A stretch of DNA of 64,000 nt from Myxococcota bacterium (GCA_963676915.2 CAXXVK010000053.1:64001-128000), one strand, 5' to 3'; shown: positions 18,165 to 28,344, counted from the stretch's first letter. The notes: generated from the sequence alone by a model not told the origin. A program made the numbers and translations.

Positions 18165-20471
18165 GTGTTCGAACCGAAACGATATGGCTCGTATCTCCTG
18201 TTGGAGAAAATGAGCACTGGGGGAATGGCTGAGATTTTCCGCGCTGTGTCCCAGCGTCCGGACAAATCGAACCGGCTTCTCGTCATCAAGCGGATTCTTC
18301 CCTACATTTCCCAGCAGCCTGGGTTCGAGCAGATGTTCATCGACGAGGCGGACATCGCCGGAAACCTCCGACACGAAAACATCATTCGTATCTACGATCT
18401 GGGAAAAATCGACGACACGATTTTCATGGCGCTTGAACATGTTGCCGGAAAAGACCTGCGGCAGATTTTCGATTTCGTCCGAGTTTCCGGTACGCCGATT
18501 CCTTTCGCCATAAGTGCATATGTTACCGCTCAAATCGCTCGCGGACTCGATTTCGCCCACACCTATCGTGACGAGAAAGGCCGCTCCCTGAACATCGTGC
18601 ATCGCGACATTTCACCACCGAACCTGTTGGTTTCCTTCGATGGTGAGGTCAAGCTGATCGATTTCGGAATCGCCAAAGCCACGAAAAAGATCAATCGCAC
18701 CAAAGCCGGGATTTTAAAGGGAAAATTCGGCTACATGTCCCCGGAACAAGTGCAAGGAATGGAGATCGACGGCCGCTCCGATGTCTTTGCGCTGGGGATC
18801 GTGCTGTGGGAAATGCTGGCCCATAAACATCTGTTCATCGGGGACAGCGAATACGACACTTTGCAGCGCATCAAAAAAGCCAACGTGATGATCCCCTCCA
18901 CGTTCAACCCGAGCGTACCGCCCGAGTTGGACATGATCGTCATGCGCGCCTTGAAAAAAGACCTCGACCGCCGCTATGCCTCGGCGGCGGATTTCGCCAA
19001 TGCTTTGGAAGATTACCTGCTTTATCACGAGCAGGGTTTCGGACGAGAGCAAGTGGCAAACTGGATGCTGGATCATTTCGAATCCGAGGCGATGGAAGCC
19101 GACACCAAAAAGGAAAAAGCCTTACGGATCGATATTGAAAAATATTTTCGCGGTGAGACGGAATCCACTGAAGAGGAAATCACACCGACCTACAAAAAAC
19201 GTCTGGCCGAAGCTGCGAAGGAAGAAATCGTTTTACGTCGTCGCGATCCGAGCGAGTACGAAATCAGTGACGGCATCCACGAGCAAGACACCCAGCCTAT
19301 AGGTTCGCACGAAGGAGGAGCTACCTATCCACTGGAGGCAGATTTCGAACATGGGATTCCTCGGACAGCCCACTCTATCCCCGGCTCCCAGGCCAATTCC
19401 CGGCCAGAGCGACCCGTACCGGTTGCCGAGGTCGTGCAAACGACTCGACCTTCCGAACCTCAACCCCAGACTCTACCGGAAATTGTCGAAGAAATACCGC
19501 AGCTTTCGCCACCCGAAAGCGTGGAAGTGTTCCCGGCAAGCGAGCCTGAACCCACTGTGGCTCCAGCAAAACAACCGGAGGGTTCATCCTCTGAAAGCCA
19601 GGAAGTGCTCACGGCTCGCAAGCATGAAACTCCTACGGAGCCCGTAAAACAACATCAGGCTTCATCCTCCGGAAGTGCAGAAGTACTCACGGCGAGGAAA
19701 TCGAAGACTCCTTCGGCTCCTGCAAAACAAGCGCAGGTTTCATCTTCCGAAAGCGGGGAAGTACTCACGGCTCGCAAACCCGAAACACCCGTAGCTCAAG
19801 AGAAATCTCAACAGATTCCGTCCTCCGAAAGCGGGGAAGTCCTTACAGCTCGCAAGCCCGAGCCTCAATCCAAACCACAATCCACGATAGAGATTCCCAA
19901 GGAGAAACAGCAGGTTCCGGCGTCCGATAGCGGGGAAGTGCTCACGGCCCGCAAGCCACAGACGCGACCACCGTCTCAGACATCGCTTCCCGTTCAACGA
20001 CCGATTCTGAAGTCCAGTTCCATTAGCGGGGAAATCCGTACCGCACGAAAAATGGAACCGAAGAACGAGGTCTATTCTGCACGAAAACGACCCCCTACCC
20101 AGACAACACACGTTGTGGAATACCCTGAAATTATTGAGGAAGCACCACAAGAACCTGAAGAGAAACCTACCCGCAAACCCGAAGGTAAAACCAGCCCGGA
20201 ACCGTTCGAACTTCTTCTTTCCGGCGATGCGACTCTGGATGAAACGGAAGATTTACGGTCCGTACAACCAGAGACCCTGAAAGAATCCGAAAACAAAGCG
20301 GAAGAATGGTTTTTCTCCGAAGAAAATTCAGCCAACACTCCAAAAGAACCTGTTTGGGATCGCCGGAAAGTGATCGAGCAGGGCGAAAATCTGCTCTTTT
20401 ATGTTGGAGGAGCAACGCTTGTAGGTCTGATCGTTTTTGTCGTCTGGGTGCTGTTTTACGGAACGTCGTAA
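18165..20471 (+). CDS. Hanks-type Ser/Thr protein kinase, myxobacterial type, with repeat region and C-terminal TM
   Basis: GGMAEIF, VIKRILP, IVHRDISPPN, DFGIAK, GKFGYMSPEQ, SDVFALG; GTG start; terminal hydrophobic helix. Confidence 0.93.
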   Translation: MFEPKRYGSYLLLEKMSTGGMAEIFRAVSQRPDKSNRLLVIKRILPYISQQPGFEQMFIDEADIAGNLRHENIIRIYDLGKIDDTIFMALEHVAGKDLRQIFDFVRVSGTPIPFAISAYVTAQIARGLDFAHTYRDEKGRSLNIVHRDISPPNLLVSFDGEVKLIDFGIAKATKKINRTKAGILKGKFGYMSPEQVQGMEIDGRSDVFALGIVLWEMLAHKHLFIGDSEYDTLQRIKKANVMIPSTFNPSVPPELDMIVMRALKKDLDRRYASAADFANALEDYLLYHEQGFGREQVANWMLDHFESEAMEADTKKEKALRIDIEKYFRGETESTEEEITPTYKKRLAEAAKEEIVLRRRDPSEYEISDGIHEQDTQPIGSHEGGATYPLEADFEHGIPRTAHSIPGSQANSRPERPVPVAEVVQTTRPSEPQPQTLPEIVEEIPQLSPPESVEVFPASEPEPTVAPAKQPEGSSSESQEVLTARKHETPTEPVKQHQASSSGSAEVLTARKSKTPSAPAKQAQVSSSESGEVLTARKPETPVAQEKSQQIPSSESGEVLTARKPEPQSKPQSTIEIPKEKQQVPASDSGEVLTARKPQTRPPSQTSLPVQRPILKSSSISGEIRTARKMEPKNEVYSARKRPPTQTTHVVEYPEIIEEAPQEPEEKPTRKPEGKTSPEPFELLLSGDATLDETEDLRSVQPETLKESENKAEEWFFSEENSANTPKEPVWDRRKVIEQGENLLFYVGGATLVGLIVFVVWVLFYGTS
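19584..20087 (+). repeat. intragenic repeat S(S)ESGEVLTARK, 5 near-perfect + 2 degenerate copies
   Basis: EVLTARK codons start at 19602, 19680, 19758, 19836 and 19935; EIRTARK at 20031; EVYSARK at 20067. Confidence 0.9.
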
Positions 20472-20579
20472 ACACGGAAGATAACTATAGCCGTGAATAT
20501 TTGGCACTAGCGATAGAGAACCGTGGAAACGACGGCTGCCATCTCCCATAAAGCCAAACAACATCTTCTATAATTCCAG

Positions 20580-22061
20580 CTACTTACGAATAATTTTCGC
20601 TTTGGGCGTTCGGTTGCCGATCACGCGGGCAGCGGCCCAGGCCGCGGCGAATTCGCCTTCCAGTCCAAGATCCGGCAAATTGTCCGGTCCGACGATGTAG
20701 CCGTGGTCCCAGGGGAGACAGATCGTTGCGCCGTCGGGACCGTAGCGATGACGAAACGCCGCCCGGTAGATGACTTTCCGCCCGGTCAGTGCTCCCAAGC
20801 CTTCGGTGGGGTCGTCCTCGCCAGGATCGATCCATTCACTGGGAAGGTGGTCATCCTCGACCTGTTTGACGTGACCGTTGGCGAAGGGAAACAGAAATTC
20901 GAATTGTTTTCGCATACTTGCAAGAGCAGCGTCGAGACCTTCTTTGTTAAATTCCTTGACGGAAAGCGGCCGCAGCAACTCGATGCGCTCCTGATCGCTG
21001 TTGCGGTACAAGCGAGGATCGCGCAGAAACACGAAAGGAACGTCATAGGCTTCGTCGCGACGGACAACCCGCAGGTCCATACCCTCGGGAATCCCCGCCT
21101 TGTCGATCATGTAACGTTGACGAATCCAGACCGCTTCCGGCTCTACAACCTTACGTCGTTTTCGGTAAAAACGGGCGAGTTTCGCTTTGTCGTCGAGCAA
21201 TGGCAGTAGAAAAGGATCGGATGCGAAAATGAAATTCTGTCCCGAATAGAGTTTGTTTTCTCCTTCGAGAACGAACAGGTTGCGTTTGCGCGTAAACCGT
21301 TGAATCGTGAAATCTTCCAGGAAATTGCACCCCTTGCTTTTCAGGCGCGCTTCGACGATTTCGCCGAAATCCTCTTTGTCGTTCGGGTAGAACACGCGAG
21401 CCAGACTGTTGGCCAACTTCCTGTACATACAAGGGTTTTCGGGGTCGGTTTCCGAAAGCTCCAACTCTCCGCGAGAAAGACCGATCAGTGTGCCGAAACC
21501 GCCGTGCTCTTTCAGACGGTCCAGTTCCGAAAATCGTTCCTGCTGTTCCAAAAGCTCCCTTTTCAGTTCTTTGCGATATTTGGAATGGCGGCGATGTTCG
21601 AGAAATCCCACGGGAAAAATCGGGTTTTCGGCGGCAAGAAAGCGGTCGAAAGGCTGAGATGCCTCGGTCAGCGAATCCAGCAGCCGGGAGGTTTCTTCAC
21701 GGTTATGATCCTGCCGGAACGAACGGTCCAACTCATCGAGGAACTTGTCCTGATCTCCCATCAGGGCCGTGCGGCGACCGCCTTCGACGATCTGACAGGT
21801 CACAGGGAGATAATTCAGCGACGAGCGCAGTTGGTGACCGATTTTCATCTCCCGTACGATAGACGTCGGTAACGGGAGGTCGAGGATGTCGGGAAACACG
21901 GGATACGATGTCTGCGCCGGCCATCGCAAGCGGGGCGCACCGGAGCGTTGCCAGCGCTTGATGACCAGCACCGAGTAATGGCGAGCGCTCAAGATGCCCG
22001 CCAGTAGTTTCCCCGCGAGATTGGACCCCAGGATGATTGCGTCGTAATACTTCGTGGCCAT
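20580..22061 (-). CDS. FAD/NAD(P)-binding oxidoreductase-fold protein (desaturase/CrtI-like, degenerate)
   Basis: N-terminal YDAIILGSNLAG Rossmann-like motif; C-terminal GPDNLPDLGLEGEFAAA. AGGAGG RBS. Confidence 0.6.
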   Translation of the reverse strand: MATKYYDAIILGSNLAGKLLAGILSARHYSVLVIKRWQRSGAPRLRWPAQTSYPVFPDILDLPLPTSIVREMKIGHQLRSSLNYLPVTCQIVEGGRRTALMGDQDKFLDELDRSFRQDHNREETSRLLDSLTEASQPFDRFLAAENPIFPVGFLEHRRHSKYRKELKRELLEQQERFSELDRLKEHGGFGTLIGLSRGELELSETDPENPCMYRKLANSLARVFYPNDKEDFGEIVEARLKSKGCNFLEDFTIQRFTRKRNLFVLEGENKLYSGQNFIFASDPFLLPLLDDKAKLARFYRKRRKVVEPEAVWIRQRYMIDKAGIPEGMDLRVVRRDEAYDVPFVFLRDPRLYRNSDQERIELLRPLSVKEFNKEGLDAALASMRKQFEFLFPFANGHVKQVEDDHLPSEWIDPGEDDPTEGLGALTGRKVIYRAAFRHRYGPDGATICLPWDHGYIVGPDNLPDLGLEGEFAAAWAAARVIGNRTPKAKIIRK

Positions 22062-22110
22062 CGGACTTGCTGTGTCCCTCCTGTCTTCGGAAGGTTCGAT
22101 TATGACCTAG

Positions 22111-23055
22111 TTACCGGAGTTTGTCCAAAATCTCCTCAGCCAGACGATACGGATCGATTTCCCGATGAAGAAGTTTTCGGTCCCAACCATCGTATTCCGG
22201 CTGGTCGAGAATCTCTCCGATACGTGTATCCAGCCTGTCGCGCAAAAGGCCGAAAAACTGCAACCGTTCCCGCTTCAATCGTCGATCTTCGTCCAAACCG
22301 GTATGTTTCAGCCAATCGCAATGTTCTTGGACCGCCCGAGCCAGATCCTCGATACCCTCGTTGCGAAATGCAACGGTTTTCACGATACGCGGTTCCCAGA
22401 TCTTTTTATCGGATTGGGGCGAATCGATCATGTGCAGCATCTGGTGAATGTCGGCCATCAGGCGCTCGGCACCTTCCCGGTCGGCCTTATTGACCGCGAA
22501 AACGTCTGCGATTTCCATGATACCGGCTTTGATCGCCTGAATCTCGTCGCCGAGGCCGGGGACCGTCACCACGATGGAAGTCTGTGCAAACCCGGCGATT
22601 TCGACTTCCGCCTGTCCCACTCCGACGGTTTCCACGAGGATCGGATCGCAGCCCAGCGCCTCCATGATCAACAGCACTTCTCCGGCGGATTTCGACAGTC
22701 CGCCCAGATGTCCTCGTGTGGCCATGGAACGAATGAAAACTTTTTCATCGTTGAAATGGCGATTCATGCGCACGCGGTCGCCCAGAATCGCTCCACCGGT
22801 AAACGGGCTGGTGGGATCGACGGCAATAACGCCCACGTAGCACCCTTCGTTGCGGTAATGCGTAATCAAACGATCGACGAGCGTCGATTTCCCAGAGCCG
22901 GGATTGCCGGTGATTCCGATGATTTGCGAGCGTCCCGTATGGGGAAACAGTGTCTGCAATACGTCGGGAACGCCCGGATGCAGATCGTCGGCGAGTCGCA
23001 TCAATCGGGCCGCGCTTCGCTGATCTCCCGCCAGCACGTTGTCGGCAAGTGCCAT
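22111..23055 (-). CDS. meaB: methylmalonyl-CoA mutase-associated GTPase MeaB/ArgK
   Basis: GITGNPGSGKST, AVDPTSPFTGGAILGDRVRM, ETVGVGQAE, GDEIQAIKAGIMEIAD, NKAD. Confidence 0.95.
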   Translation of the reverse strand: MALADNVLAGDQRSAARLMRLADDLHPGVPDVLQTLFPHTGRSQIIGITGNPGSGKSTLVDRLITHYRNEGCYVGVIAVDPTSPFTGGAILGDRVRMNRHFNDEKVFIRSMATRGHLGGLSKSAGEVLLIMEALGCDPILVETVGVGQAEVEIAGFAQTSIVVTVPGLGDEIQAIKAGIMEIADVFAVNKADREGAERLMADIHQMLHMIDSPQSDKKIWEPRIVKTVAFRNEGIEDLARAVQEHCDWLKHTGLDEDRRLKRERLQFFGLLRDRLDTRIGEILDQPEYDGWDRKLLHREIDPYRLAEEILDKLR

Positions 23056-23234
23056 GTTGGTCCTTTTTCTCGATGCCGTTCGGTCGGGGCGTTCGGCGAA
23101 GATACGACCGCCTCGACACGGTTTTTTCCAAAATATCCTGATTCGTTCCGCATTTGCCTGTTGCAAAGCGGAACCCGGTTAGATATCAATAATCGACTGC
23201 TTCGATTTTAGCAACCTTGTCGAAAGCACTTTTC

Positions 23235-23729
23235 ATGGTTTTGAAACTGTTTTTGCTGTTTACGATCGTTCCTTTCGTCGAACTCTACCTGCTGATCAAG
23301 ATCGGCACGGAAATCGGGCTATTGGAAACGCTTGGCTTGATCCTGTTGACCGGTGCGTTGGGAAGCTGGCTGGCCTGGCACGAGGGGTTGCGAACGATGA
23401 TCCGTTTCCAGGAACGAATGCAGCAGGGAGAATTACCCACGGACCAGATGATCGACGGTCTGTTGTTGCTGGTGGCCGGGGCGGTGCTGCTCACGCCGGG
23501 ATTCCTGACCGACGCCATGGGATTTTCGTTGTTGCTGCCTCCTCTCAGGGCACTCATTCGGGGATTTCTGAAAAACTACCTCGAAAAACACATGGAACTC
23601 CACACCCTGGACCCCGGTTCCATGGGGCCGGGAGGCCCGATGGACGGCTTTCCTCCGGACCCTCGCGACAATTCCAGTAGACCGCCTGATGTGGTATTGG
23701 AAAAGGATTCGTACAAAGTGGACAAGTAA
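23235..23729 (+). CDS. fxsA: FxsA family membrane protein
   Basis: F..VP.VEL..LI..G..IG and G.LL..AG.LL.TPGF.TD..G pattern. Confidence 0.88.
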   Translation: MVLKLFLLFTIVPFVELYLLIKIGTEIGLLETLGLILLTGALGSWLAWHEGLRTMIRFQERMQQGELPTDQMIDGLLLLVAGAVLLTPGFLTDAMGFSLLLPPLRALIRGFLKNYLEKHMELHTLDPGSMGPGGPMDGFPPDPRDNSSRPPDVVLEKDSYKVDK

Positions 23730-23934
23730 ACGTTTCAACTTGTTGGAATCGCTAGCCTATCCTCGTATCTCCCTTTGCAAATACCTTGCTTTGCGTTTGC
23801 GGATTTCTGTCCGTTTTTTCCTCCCGGTTTTTCTTGTCAACCCGTTGCGTTTTGGCTAACGTTCTTGACGGTTTTTAGAGCGGTTTTTATCTGATTTTGG
23901 CGACAAAAAACCGTGGAAAGAAGGGTGATCTTAC

Positions 23935-23950
23935 TGGCGAAGCGCTTGCT
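23935..23950 (+). promoter_or_regulatory. putative sigma54 (-24/-12) promoter of rocD
   Basis: TGGCGAAGCGCTTGCT, exact GG-N10-GC spacing, ~125 nt upstream of the start. Confidence 0.55.
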
Positions 23951-24074
23951 TGTACGTGGTTCAAATTATGCCCATGGACAACCTGCAATTTGCCCAGGAT
24001 TCCCCACTGCGAAAGGATCGCTAAAACCAGGTAAAGACGAAAAGTGAAGTTTTTGTTTTTTAAGGAGTTTTACC

Positions 24075-25280
24075 ATGGATTCGCGGACAACACAGTTGAT
24101 TGAAAAAGAAGACCGCTTTGGCGTGAACAATTACGGACCGCATCCGGGACTCGTGATGAGCCGGGGCGAAGGAGTGTTTCTGATCGATACCGAAGGCAAG
24201 CGGTATTTCGACTGGGTATCGGCGTATTCCGCCCAACCTTTCGGTCATTGCCCTCAAGATATGCTGGAGGTCAAATGGGAGCAGGAAAAGAAGCTCTGGT
24301 GCCCGGCACGCTACGTTCGTAACGATCAAGCTGCCCCGTTTTTGGAGAAAATCTGTACCTACAGTGGAATGGACATGTTCATGCCCGGCAACACGGGTGT
24401 GGAAGCCGTCATCGGCGGTGTAAAAGCCTGTCGACGCTGGGGATATCGGGTCAAGGGCATCGAAACCGACAAGGCCGAAATCATCGTCGCTCGCGGCAAT
24501 TTCCATGGTCGGGACTTTTTCGCCATTTCGGCATCCGACCATGAAAGCTACAAAGACGGCTTCGGTCCCCACCTGCCGGGTATTGTTCAAGTTCCGTACA
24601 ACGATCCGAAAGCCGTTGAAGACGCCATAACGCCCAACACCTGCGCCGTGCTGGTCGAGCCGTTCCAGGGCGAGGGCGGGATGATCTTCCCCGACGCCGA
24701 GTACATTCCGACCCTGCGCACGTTATGCGATCGTGAAAACATCTTGCTGTTCCTGGACGAAGTGCAGACCGGTTTCTGTCGTACGGGCAAGGCTTTCGGA
24801 CATTTCCATTCCGACATCAAGCCGGATGTGATGTCCATCGGCAAAGCCCTGGGCGGCGGCATTCAGATTTCCAGTGGTACGTTGATGAAACGTGAGGTCG
24901 GAGAACTGTTCGATCCGGGTAGTCACGGCTCTACCTTCGCCGGAAACCCGGTGTCGTATGCGGTGGGAATCGCAGTGATGGAACGCATGGAACGCGACCG
25001 GCTGGACGAAGTCAGCGAAACGATGGGGAATTTCGTTCTCGAAGCGTTGAAAAAGCGCGTGGATAATCCCCACGTTGTGGATATCCGTATGAAAGGGCTG
25101 TTCGGTGGAATCGATCTCGACATCCCGGCCACGCCGGTGATTCACGAGATTCTCAAGGAAGGTATTTCCTGCAATGCGGCTCATGATCGCACGATCCGGC
25201 TGTCGCCGCCATTGATTATCACCGAGGAACAGATCGAGGAAAGCGCCGAAGCCTTCGCCAAAGTGCTTAACCGACTCTAA
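24075..25280 (+). CDS. rocD: ornithine aminotransferase (class III PLP aminotransferase)
   Basis: NNYGP, SAYSA..FGH, NTGVEA....K..RRWGY.VKG, NFHGR, EPFQGEGG, DEVQTG, GKALGGG, HGSTFAGNP. Confidence 0.85.
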   Translation: MDSRTTQLIEKEDRFGVNNYGPHPGLVMSRGEGVFLIDTEGKRYFDWVSAYSAQPFGHCPQDMLEVKWEQEKKLWCPARYVRNDQAAPFLEKICTYSGMDMFMPGNTGVEAVIGGVKACRRWGYRVKGIETDKAEIIVARGNFHGRDFFAISASDHESYKDGFGPHLPGIVQVPYNDPKAVEDAITPNTCAVLVEPFQGEGGMIFPDAEYIPTLRTLCDRENILLFLDEVQTGFCRTGKAFGHFHSDIKPDVMSIGKALGGGIQISSGTLMKREVGELFDPGSHGSTFAGNPVSYAVGIAVMERMERDRLDEVSETMGNFVLEALKKRVDNPHVVDIRMKGLFGGIDLDIPATPVIHEILKEGISCNAAHDRTIRLSPPLIITEEQIEESAEAFAKVLNRL

Positions 25281-25418
25281 AACGAACCCTATGGAAACGG
25301 CATCCGATTCGTGCTATAAAAACGGAAACGTTTGAATTGCCTTTTGCATGACAGTATCGGCTAGGGTCCGTCGGAAATTTTCGACGGACCCACCAAGCCG
25401 ATTTCCGGAAGGTTCTCC

Positions 25419-26156
25419 ATGATCGCTTGCTTTTCCAAAAACGTTTCATGTTGCGTATCACGATGGCTGCTTCTTGGCTTCGGGATGCTGTTGGCAGGTT
25501 TGCTCGTGTCGGGGTGTTCTTCTTCCGGGGGAACGTCCGATTCGCGCCTACCCTCCGATCCGGTCAACAAGCGCATGGAACTGACGCTCGAAGCCTACCG
25601 GTCCTACCAGGGAACCGATCCCCTCGGGCAGGTGGTCGTCCCACCCGGTCTCGATGCCAAAGCGGCATCTTCCAGCTCCCATCCTGCGAAAAACATGATC
25701 GACAACCAACCTCAAACCTACTGGGAGTCGGATGACGATCTCGACGGCTTGTCATTCACCCTGTATTTCGGCGCGGTCGATATGGATGAAGACATGTTCG
25801 GTTTCGTCGTGGATACGAGTTGTCTCGAAAAAGGGGACTATCGCGCTATCCAACTGGTCGATTTGTCCGTATACGAGGAACGCCTTCCGGAATTCGTGGA
25901 AAAACGTTCTCCCGAAGACAATATTCACATTCCCGGAGAAGACGTTTTCGTCCGTAATGACGAGAGGATACGTCTGGCTCTGGAAAACAAAGCCGCACGG
26001 CAGGTATTTTTTCTCAAGCGAGAAAGCATCAACCCGGACGAACGCAACCGGCTGGTTGTCAACGCCCGAATCACCGGCTGGTATCCCGGCAACGACGACG
26101 AAACCTGTCTGTCAGAATTCCATCCCTTTTTACAAAATCGGGGTGGTACGGACTGA
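25419..26156 (+). CDS. lipoprotein with discoidin/galactose-binding-like domain
   Basis: Lipobox VSGC; ASS...HPAKNMIDN.PQTYW and YPG....TCLSE motifs. Confidence 0.6.
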   Translation: MIACFSKNVSCCVSRWLLLGFGMLLAGLLVSGCSSSGGTSDSRLPSDPVNKRMELTLEAYRSYQGTDPLGQVVVPPGLDAKAASSSSHPAKNMIDNQPQTYWESDDDLDGLSFTLYFGAVDMDEDMFGFVVDTSCLEKGDYRAIQLVDLSVYEERLPEFVEKRSPEDNIHIPGEDVFVRNDERIRLALENKAARQVFFLKRESINPDERNRLVVNARITGWYPGNDDETCLSEFHPFLQNRGGTD

Positions 26157-26182
26157 AATCACTATCCTGAAATTGGACTTTT

Positions 26183-26836
26183 TCATGGTTTGAAGCGCAC
26201 GGGGCAACCCACGGCTTCCGTTTCCTTGAAGGGTATTTTATCGCCGTTGATCAGGGCTTCGAGCACCCTGCGGACGTACTCGACCGGCTGTTTCTTGTTG
26301 CCTTCGGGATTGTCGTCGATGGCTCCCCGATAGCGCAAAACACCCCGCGCATCGATGACGAAAATCGTCGGTGTCTTTTTTACCTGGTAGCGTTTGGCGA
26401 TTTTCCCGCTGGTATCGAGCAACGTTCGAACCACCATAGCCTGGCGCAGGCACCACGTTTCCGACATTTTGGGCGTGTTGAAATAATTCGAATTGACGGC
26501 AAACCATTTTACCGGCGCATTGCTGACCGTATGCATGGCGGTCTGATCGATGCCGTTTTGCCGAGCATAGTAATCCTCTACCGTGGGGCAATCGGGGTCG
26601 GTCCATTCCAGCACGACGACGCTTCCACGATAGTCGGTTAGCGTATGGGAGTTGCCTTTTTCGTCCTTCAGGGTGAAATCCGGGGCGGGAAGTCCCACCT
26701 TCGCCCGTTTGAGCGGACGCTTTCCCGAAGAAAAAGCGATAGAGGAACAGAAGCCCAGACATGCCAGCAAAACGAAACATCCGGCAAACGTTCGAAAAAT
26801 TCGGGGTTTTGTCGATAGATGCATTATTCGATGCAT
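26183..26836 (-). CDS. exported redoxin (AhpC/TSA thioredoxin-like) protein
   Basis: G.PAPDFTL.D..G, VVLEW..PDCP.V, KTPT.FVID..G.LRY.GAIDD and terminal GC. Confidence 0.85.
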   Translation of the reverse strand: MHRIMHLSTKPRIFRTFAGCFVLLACLGFCSSIAFSSGKRPLKRAKVGLPAPDFTLKDEKGNSHTLTDYRGSVVVLEWTDPDCPTVEDYYARQNGIDQTAMHTVSNAPVKWFAVNSNYFNTPKMSETWCLRQAMVVRTLLDTSGKIAKRYQVKKTPTIFVIDARGVLRYRGAIDDNPEGNKKQPVEYVRRVLEALINGDKIPFKETEAVGCPVRFKP

Positions 26837-27037
26837 TTTGAAGCCTTGATCATATAGGGTTGCACTTAAACCAAAACTTTGCTATGAGAGAGAACGCTTT
26901 TTCGCAATCCGAGATGATTCTCCATAGACGTAACGTCTAGAAGTAAAATCCTACTTTATACAATAACTTCTCGACTCGGCGATGAAAAGACGGATTGCAG
27001 CATTTTTTCTTGCACCGAGGATCGACCGGAGGGCATT

Positions 27038-28339
27038 TTGACCACGTTGTCCACGTTTGGCATCGATGCCATTTCAACATATGTGCCCAAATTCACGTTG
27101 AATTTGGACAAACTCGCCAAAAGACGGAACGTCAACCCGGAAAAATACCGGATCGGTCTCGGTTTGAACCGCATGTCCGTTGCCGGTCCCCAGGAAGATT
27201 CCCTGACCCTGGCCGTGGAAGCGGCCCAGTCTTTGTTCAAACGATACGATATCGATAAAGAATCGGTCGGAATGCTGATCGTCGGCACCGAAACCCCGAT
27301 CGATGCCGCCAAACCGGTGGCCTCTTACGTTCACCGAATGATCGAACTGAGTCCCTGGTGCCGCACCTTCGATACCAAGCACGCCTGTTACGGAGGTACT
27401 GCCGCCCTTCGTCTAGCCGCCAACTGGTGCGCAACACCTGCGGGACGAGGACGAAAAGCGCTGGTCATCATGACCGACATCGCTCGGTACGATACCGAAT
27501 CGCCGGGCGAGCCGACCCAGGGAGCGGGCGCGGTGGCGATGATTGTCTCCGAGAACCCTTCGATCCTCGCGCTCGACGATGTGCCCGAAGCCGTTTATAC
27601 TTATGAAAACATGGACTTCTGGCGGCCACTGTATCGCAGCAAAGCCATCGTCGAGGGGCAGCAGTCCATCAGCAGCTACCTGCACGGTCTGGACCAGACC
27701 TACATGCAATACAAAGAAGGCAGCGGCTACGATTGGGACGATTACAGCTACCTGCTGTTCCACGTTCCGTTTCCCAAAATGGCCTACAAAGGCTTCAAAC
27801 GCCTGTTTCAGAAAGAAGTGATGCGGGTCAACGGGCACGGAACCGAAGAATTGAACGAGGAATTCGAACGGAAAGTGGAACCGGGGCTTTGGGCCAATAC
27901 CGAAATCGGCAACATTTACACAGGTTCTCTTTATCTTTCTCTCGCCGCACTTCTGGTTCGGGCACAAAAAGACGCTGCCGGACAGCGCATCGGCCTGTAT
28001 TCCTACGGTAGCGGAAGCTGCGCCGAATTCTTCAGCGGTGTTGTGCAAAACGATCCTTCCGCCTGGATCGGTCGCGTGGGTTTGAACGAAGGTCTTGCCC
28101 GTCGCGTCAGTCTGTCGTACGAGGAATATCTGCGTTTCCGTAAGGAAAACGAGCTGTTATCCCAAATCGACAGCTATTCTCCCGACGTAGTGACTGCCTG
28201 GAACCGGCACCAGTCGGTGGCGTTCTGTGGCATCCGCAACCACGAACGGATCTACGGTCTTCGAGAAGGCATCAGCGCCCGCAAATCCCTGTACGAAGAA
28301 AAAGATCCCTACGAAAGCCCGATTTACGTTGTGAAATAG
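27038..28339 (+). CDS. mvaS: hydroxymethylglutaryl-CoA synthase
   Basis: GTET..D.AK, KHACYGGT (catalytic Cys), GEPTQGAGAVA, DFWRP, FHVPF, GNIYTGSLYL, YSYGSG. TTG start after GGAGG. Confidence 0.9.
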   Translation: MTTLSTFGIDAISTYVPKFTLNLDKLAKRRNVNPEKYRIGLGLNRMSVAGPQEDSLTLAVEAAQSLFKRYDIDKESVGMLIVGTETPIDAAKPVASYVHRMIELSPWCRTFDTKHACYGGTAALRLAANWCATPAGRGRKALVIMTDIARYDTESPGEPTQGAGAVAMIVSENPSILALDDVPEAVYTYENMDFWRPLYRSKAIVEGQQSISSYLHGLDQTYMQYKEGSGYDWDDYSYLLFHVPFPKMAYKGFKRLFQKEVMRVNGHGTEELNEEFERKVEPGLWANTEIGNIYTGSLYLSLAALLVRAQKDAAGQRIGLYSYGSGSCAEFFSGVVQNDPSAWIGRVGLNEGLARRVSLSYEEYLRFRKENELLSQIDSYSPDVVTAWNRHQSVAFCGIRNHERIYGLREGISARKSLYEEKDPYESPIYVVK

Positions 28340-28344
28340 GCGGG

